Shown here in pieces: positions 60,628 to 64,000 of a DNA stretch of 64,000 nucleotides. The notes under the pieces were generated by a model that was not told the DNA's origin, made no database searches, and saw nothing but the letters and a program-made list of their open reading frames with translations. Positions within the stretch are counted from its first letter, which is position 1; every line of letters begins with the position of its first letter. A program made the translations under genes and the position numbers. Source of the stretch: Pocillopora damicornis (lineage: Eukaryota); contig NW_020847002.1 of the NCBI RefSeq assembly GCF_003704095.1, positions 1 to 64,000 on the forward strand, given 5' to 3'.

Positions 60628-60898
60628 TATCACACAAGTGACGTGCAATATCACCTGGAATCAGCACGGTAACGGTCAGTAAATCAACACAAGCCAAGTT
60701 CGCTATCAAGATGTTGGAAACTGTTGAGAAACGAAGCGCAACAAAAATCACTGCTAATACGAGAAGGTTTCCTAACGTTCCAAATATGGAAATGAGTCCA
60801 TCAAGCGCAATAACAGCTCCACCTGTCGCATCAGTTAAGATGGTCGGTGTTTGACGACTTAAATTTAAAGTGGTGAGTTGAGTGGTGTTTTCATACAT
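60628..60898 (-). CDS. Class A GPCR, 5' part (N-terminus, TM1, TM2); remainder lost in an assembly gap
   Basis: MYENTT...VIALDGLISIFGTLGNLLVLAVI...SNILIANLACVDLL runs into the 100-N gap at 60528-60627. A splice acceptor lies just upstream of the ATG. Confidence 0.75.
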
Positions 60899-62584
60899 TC
60901 TGCTTAACACTCGATGTGGAGAACTGAAAAAGATAAAAATGGAAGGCATTTTAAACACGTTATGAACCTCGTAATTCACACATAAAGAAATATTAACAAT
61001 TAGCACCATCAGAAAAAAGCATAAACTTTAAGTGGTCATTCATGGTTTTAAAATCTTTTTTCATGCATACCATTTAAAATATAGATATTGTTACATTACA
61101 TTCACCATTTATAGTCAAATCATTGGATACAAAAACGTAGCTAAAATATCATTAACTGGCTTGCTCTACCGAGGACGCCATGTAAAATCCGTGGATGGTA
61201 GCTGCTAGAGGGAGACTGGATATGTAAAAATATATATTTTTAAATAATTCTCTTAAATAATCAGTCGACGCGATGTGACGAAATCCTTAGCGGCTCAGGC
61301 TGTGAGTTCAGCCAGCGTTTGGATAGGAGAATTGCTTTCTGTTTTAAAACATTCTTAGCTGGTAGAGCATCTTATACAAATAAAAACGTCATCAACTAAT
61401 GGGTTAACGACAACTGTTTCTTGTAAAAAACGTTTATTCCAATAGTAAGGCCCCAATCGCCTATCACCAGTGTTGCTATACGCAAACCAGAAAATATTGT
61501 AGATAAAGAGAGCGCTTTAGTGTTTGATTCTACCTTACTTGCTTTGGCAACTGTGAACAGTTAACCTCTGTCAGCTCCGCTTTTGAAAGTTCACTCGACT
61601 GAAATTCGTGGTGAAGTAGTTTCTCTGCCTGGAGGTAGTCAAAGAATGTAATAACAACTTGTTTTTTTTCCACATGCATTAAGTGAAACACCTACTCATT
61701 ACAAGCCCGAACAATATTGTAAATTTTCACATGGTTGAATGAACTGCGCCTATATATTTGTCTCATTAAGATTCCCAGGCTATCTGTACGCCGACAATTG
61801 ACACACATGTTACGAAGTTTATTGATTTGAACATATCTCTCACTCATCTCTATTGAAGATGAAAAAGATACATATATTTCAAGAAGATTGCCTTCCGCTC
61901 ACCCCAAAGTCTTCGTCTGTAGGGCTTGAAAAATTTTTATGAGTGTTTGAAGGATCACTTCTTATTGTGGTAAATGAAACGGCGTAAGTAAAGTTAATTC
62001 TTATATTGCGCTCATATTTCAATACCTAACGACACTGACTGTCCGTTTTACCCAACAAACCAATCGGAACACAGAGATCAGTTGTCAATGTTCCGTCATC
62101 ATTCGCTAATGTTTAGGTGCAGCTCGCCAGACGAACCTTGTCAAGACGCGGGATTGACCTGACCAAAAGGGTTGAGATTCAATCAATTTTTGTCGTGTAA
62201 ACATAATCTCAAGAAGCCTTTTCAGGCTTCTTGAGATCAAAAATCTGGAACCACAACTATCCCGTCGTACTCGAGTTTGAAATAATTTTTATCACCACTA
62301 TTGTCTCTCCTCTTTTGACGTATTTGGTCACCAAAAATACTGACCCGGGTCAGTCTCGAGGTAAACCACGCCAAGTTCAGTCTGGGAAAGCAAACCTCCA
62401 GGTTATTACTGCAGTAATTCGTCCCATGCAACTGAACAAATCAACCAGGGGTCGTACAAAGAGACAAAATAAACTGAAGTGGAGAGGCCGGGTCATCTCT
62501 TCCTGCCGCGTTACCCCTGTTGACAAATTCTTAGAGGTGAAACAATTAACGGTGAAAATCTTTTCAGTAAAACTCTTTACTTTA

Positions 62585-62642
62585 CTCTCTGAAACTCTTT
62601 TCGGCGGCAAATTTACGTTATCAACTCAGCTGATGGTACTTT
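62585..62642 (+). repeat. 3' fragment of the same short repeat family as 26520-26618
   Basis: AAACTCTTTTCGGCGGCAAATTTACGTTATCAACTCAGCTGAT parallels AAACTCTTAACTGTGGCCAGTTTACTGTATCAGCTCAGTTGAT on the minus strand at ~26530-26575. Confidence 0.5.
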
Positions 62643-63276
62643 GTTGACACTCAGGTTTGAATTTCTCTATTTTTCCAATGTAAAGACCGGTCTGAAAGCT
62701 CTCTCGGTCTTGTACTTTCTCTAAAGTAACAATTTTTGTCTCGCCGTGGCTATTCTTTCTTTTTCTTTATCCGCTGACATATTATTAGGTGTTTGGTTGC
62801 CAGAAAGGTTGGACCAGGTCATTCTCATAGCAAACAATACACCAGTAGAGACTGGCTCCTCGGGTTCGTGTATAAAGTACTTGTATTATTTGGCGCTCTT
62901 TATGTTGATTCAAATCGGGCTCGTGATCAGAGGCACATGAGGGCAATTTTAGAGGAAAACCAAGCTGAAAAGGAGCGCAGTAGGTATAATTTATGTCCGA
63001 TTTCCTTTAATTTCGTTAAAAAGGTGAGAGATCTCTGAAACCTTTCCTGCGATGTACTTCACTCCGAAACCATTGCTGTAATGTTAATCATACAGTAAAT
63101 TTCAAAAAATACTTTTGCATATATCTGAATTTAAAGATAGTTTAATTTTGAATTTAAAACTTTCTTAGCTTTATAACAAATATAATCTTTCTCCTGTCGG
63201 CTATCGTGTCATGTTCCATGCCGTGACAAGGCTCTTCGAAAACTCCGTATAGTCATTGCATAGTCCTGGCCAGTTG

Positions 63277-64000
63277 TCAGCTGTAACGAATCATACAAGA
63301 CTTCACCATCTTTCTCATTGTCTTCCGAAAGTTAGCGCTTCGTACGCAGTAGATGTATGGATTTAAAGAGGCATTTAAATAGTATATTATGTTAATCCAG
63401 TTCTGTATGTCGAAGTATCGTGGATCACTTGGAAAAACTACTGAGTAAAATATAAGAGCTGGGATCCATGCAGCACAAAATACACCAAGAATTATTGCCA
63501 TTGTTCTCGTCGACTTTCGTTCATGTAAGAAGTTTGTATTTCTTTGCACGTTTGAAATCTGCAAGCTGGCAATCTGTCTTTCTTTTTTCAGAGCAAACAG
63601 GAAGATATGAATGTACAAAAATATTGTCACCAACATGATGACAGTGCAGTATGCAGGCTGTATATATATAAAGTTTAGTACCATAAAAACAGCTGATATA
63701 AATGCCCCTAACAGCCACGTAAGGGAGATAATGACGACAGCACGTCGTTTTGTCATCATAGAAGTGTACTTGAATGGATATTTAATGGATAAAATACGGT
63801 CTACAGCGATCGATAATAAACTTGAGACTGCAGCAGGCGCGATAAACTGTGAAAGTCCACGATTTGCCACAACAAACGTTTCTGGGACGTGACAAAAACC
63901 TTTCCTGCACATATATTTATAGATACCACCAGGAGAGACGACAAACAGACTTAATAAATCAATTAGGGCCAGGTTTCCAAGAAGTAGGTTAGATGGTGTT
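63277..64000 (-). CDS. Class A GPCR (adenosine/amine-receptor-like), 5' end beyond the window
   Basis: Open frame from the window edge: PSNLLLGNLALIDLL, AVDRILSIKYPFKY, ERKSTRTMAIILGVFCAAWIP, NASLNPYIY. Confidence 0.9.
   Translation of the reverse strand, partial: TPSNLLLGNLALIDLLSLFVVSPGGIYKYMCRKGFCHVPETFVVANRGLSQFIAPAAVSSLLSIAVDRILSIKYPFKYTSMMTKRRAVVIISLTWLLGAFISAVFMVLNFIYIQPAYCTVIMLVTIFLYIHIFLFALKKERQIASLQISNVQRNTNFLHERKSTRTMAIILGVFCAAWIPALIFYSVVFPSDPRYFDIQNWINIIYYLNASLNPYIYCVRSANFRKTMRKMVKSCMIRYS

Noticed and set aside
62231-63038. Several short ORFs and an exon-like segment
   Set aside because: No recognisable homology or partner exons, and part of the region is repeat-derived.

Overview
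Eukaryotic, intron-containing, AT-rich animal DNA with six assembly gaps. Repeat types and gene content point to a cnidarian, most likely a stony coral (inference). Left to right: three intronless paralogous peptide-receptor-like class A GPCRs (+/-/+); a minus-strand CARD - NB-ARC/STAND NTPase - TPR gene whose proximal promoter carries a TATA box, two canonical NF-kB sites and a STAT/GAS site; an uncharacterised multi-exon plus-strand gene; RIOK2 (11 coding exons, minus); LINE and DNA-transposon-like relics; a single-exon FoxQ2 with a C-terminal EH1 motif; NDUFA9 (12 coding exons) with two TIR elements in its introns; AK6 (3 exons); an mL37/mL65-family mitoribosomal gene (2 exons); and a second tandem GPCR cluster containing an internally deleted pseudogene. 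The best candidate for an unexplored system is the apparently NF-kB/STAT-wired CARD-STAND-TPR receptor. Next are a transposon-like relic with SAP and NHL-repeat domains and a TIR element carrying a HIRAN fragment. All exon models were read by eye. Family comparisons rest on remembered motifs, not on searches.
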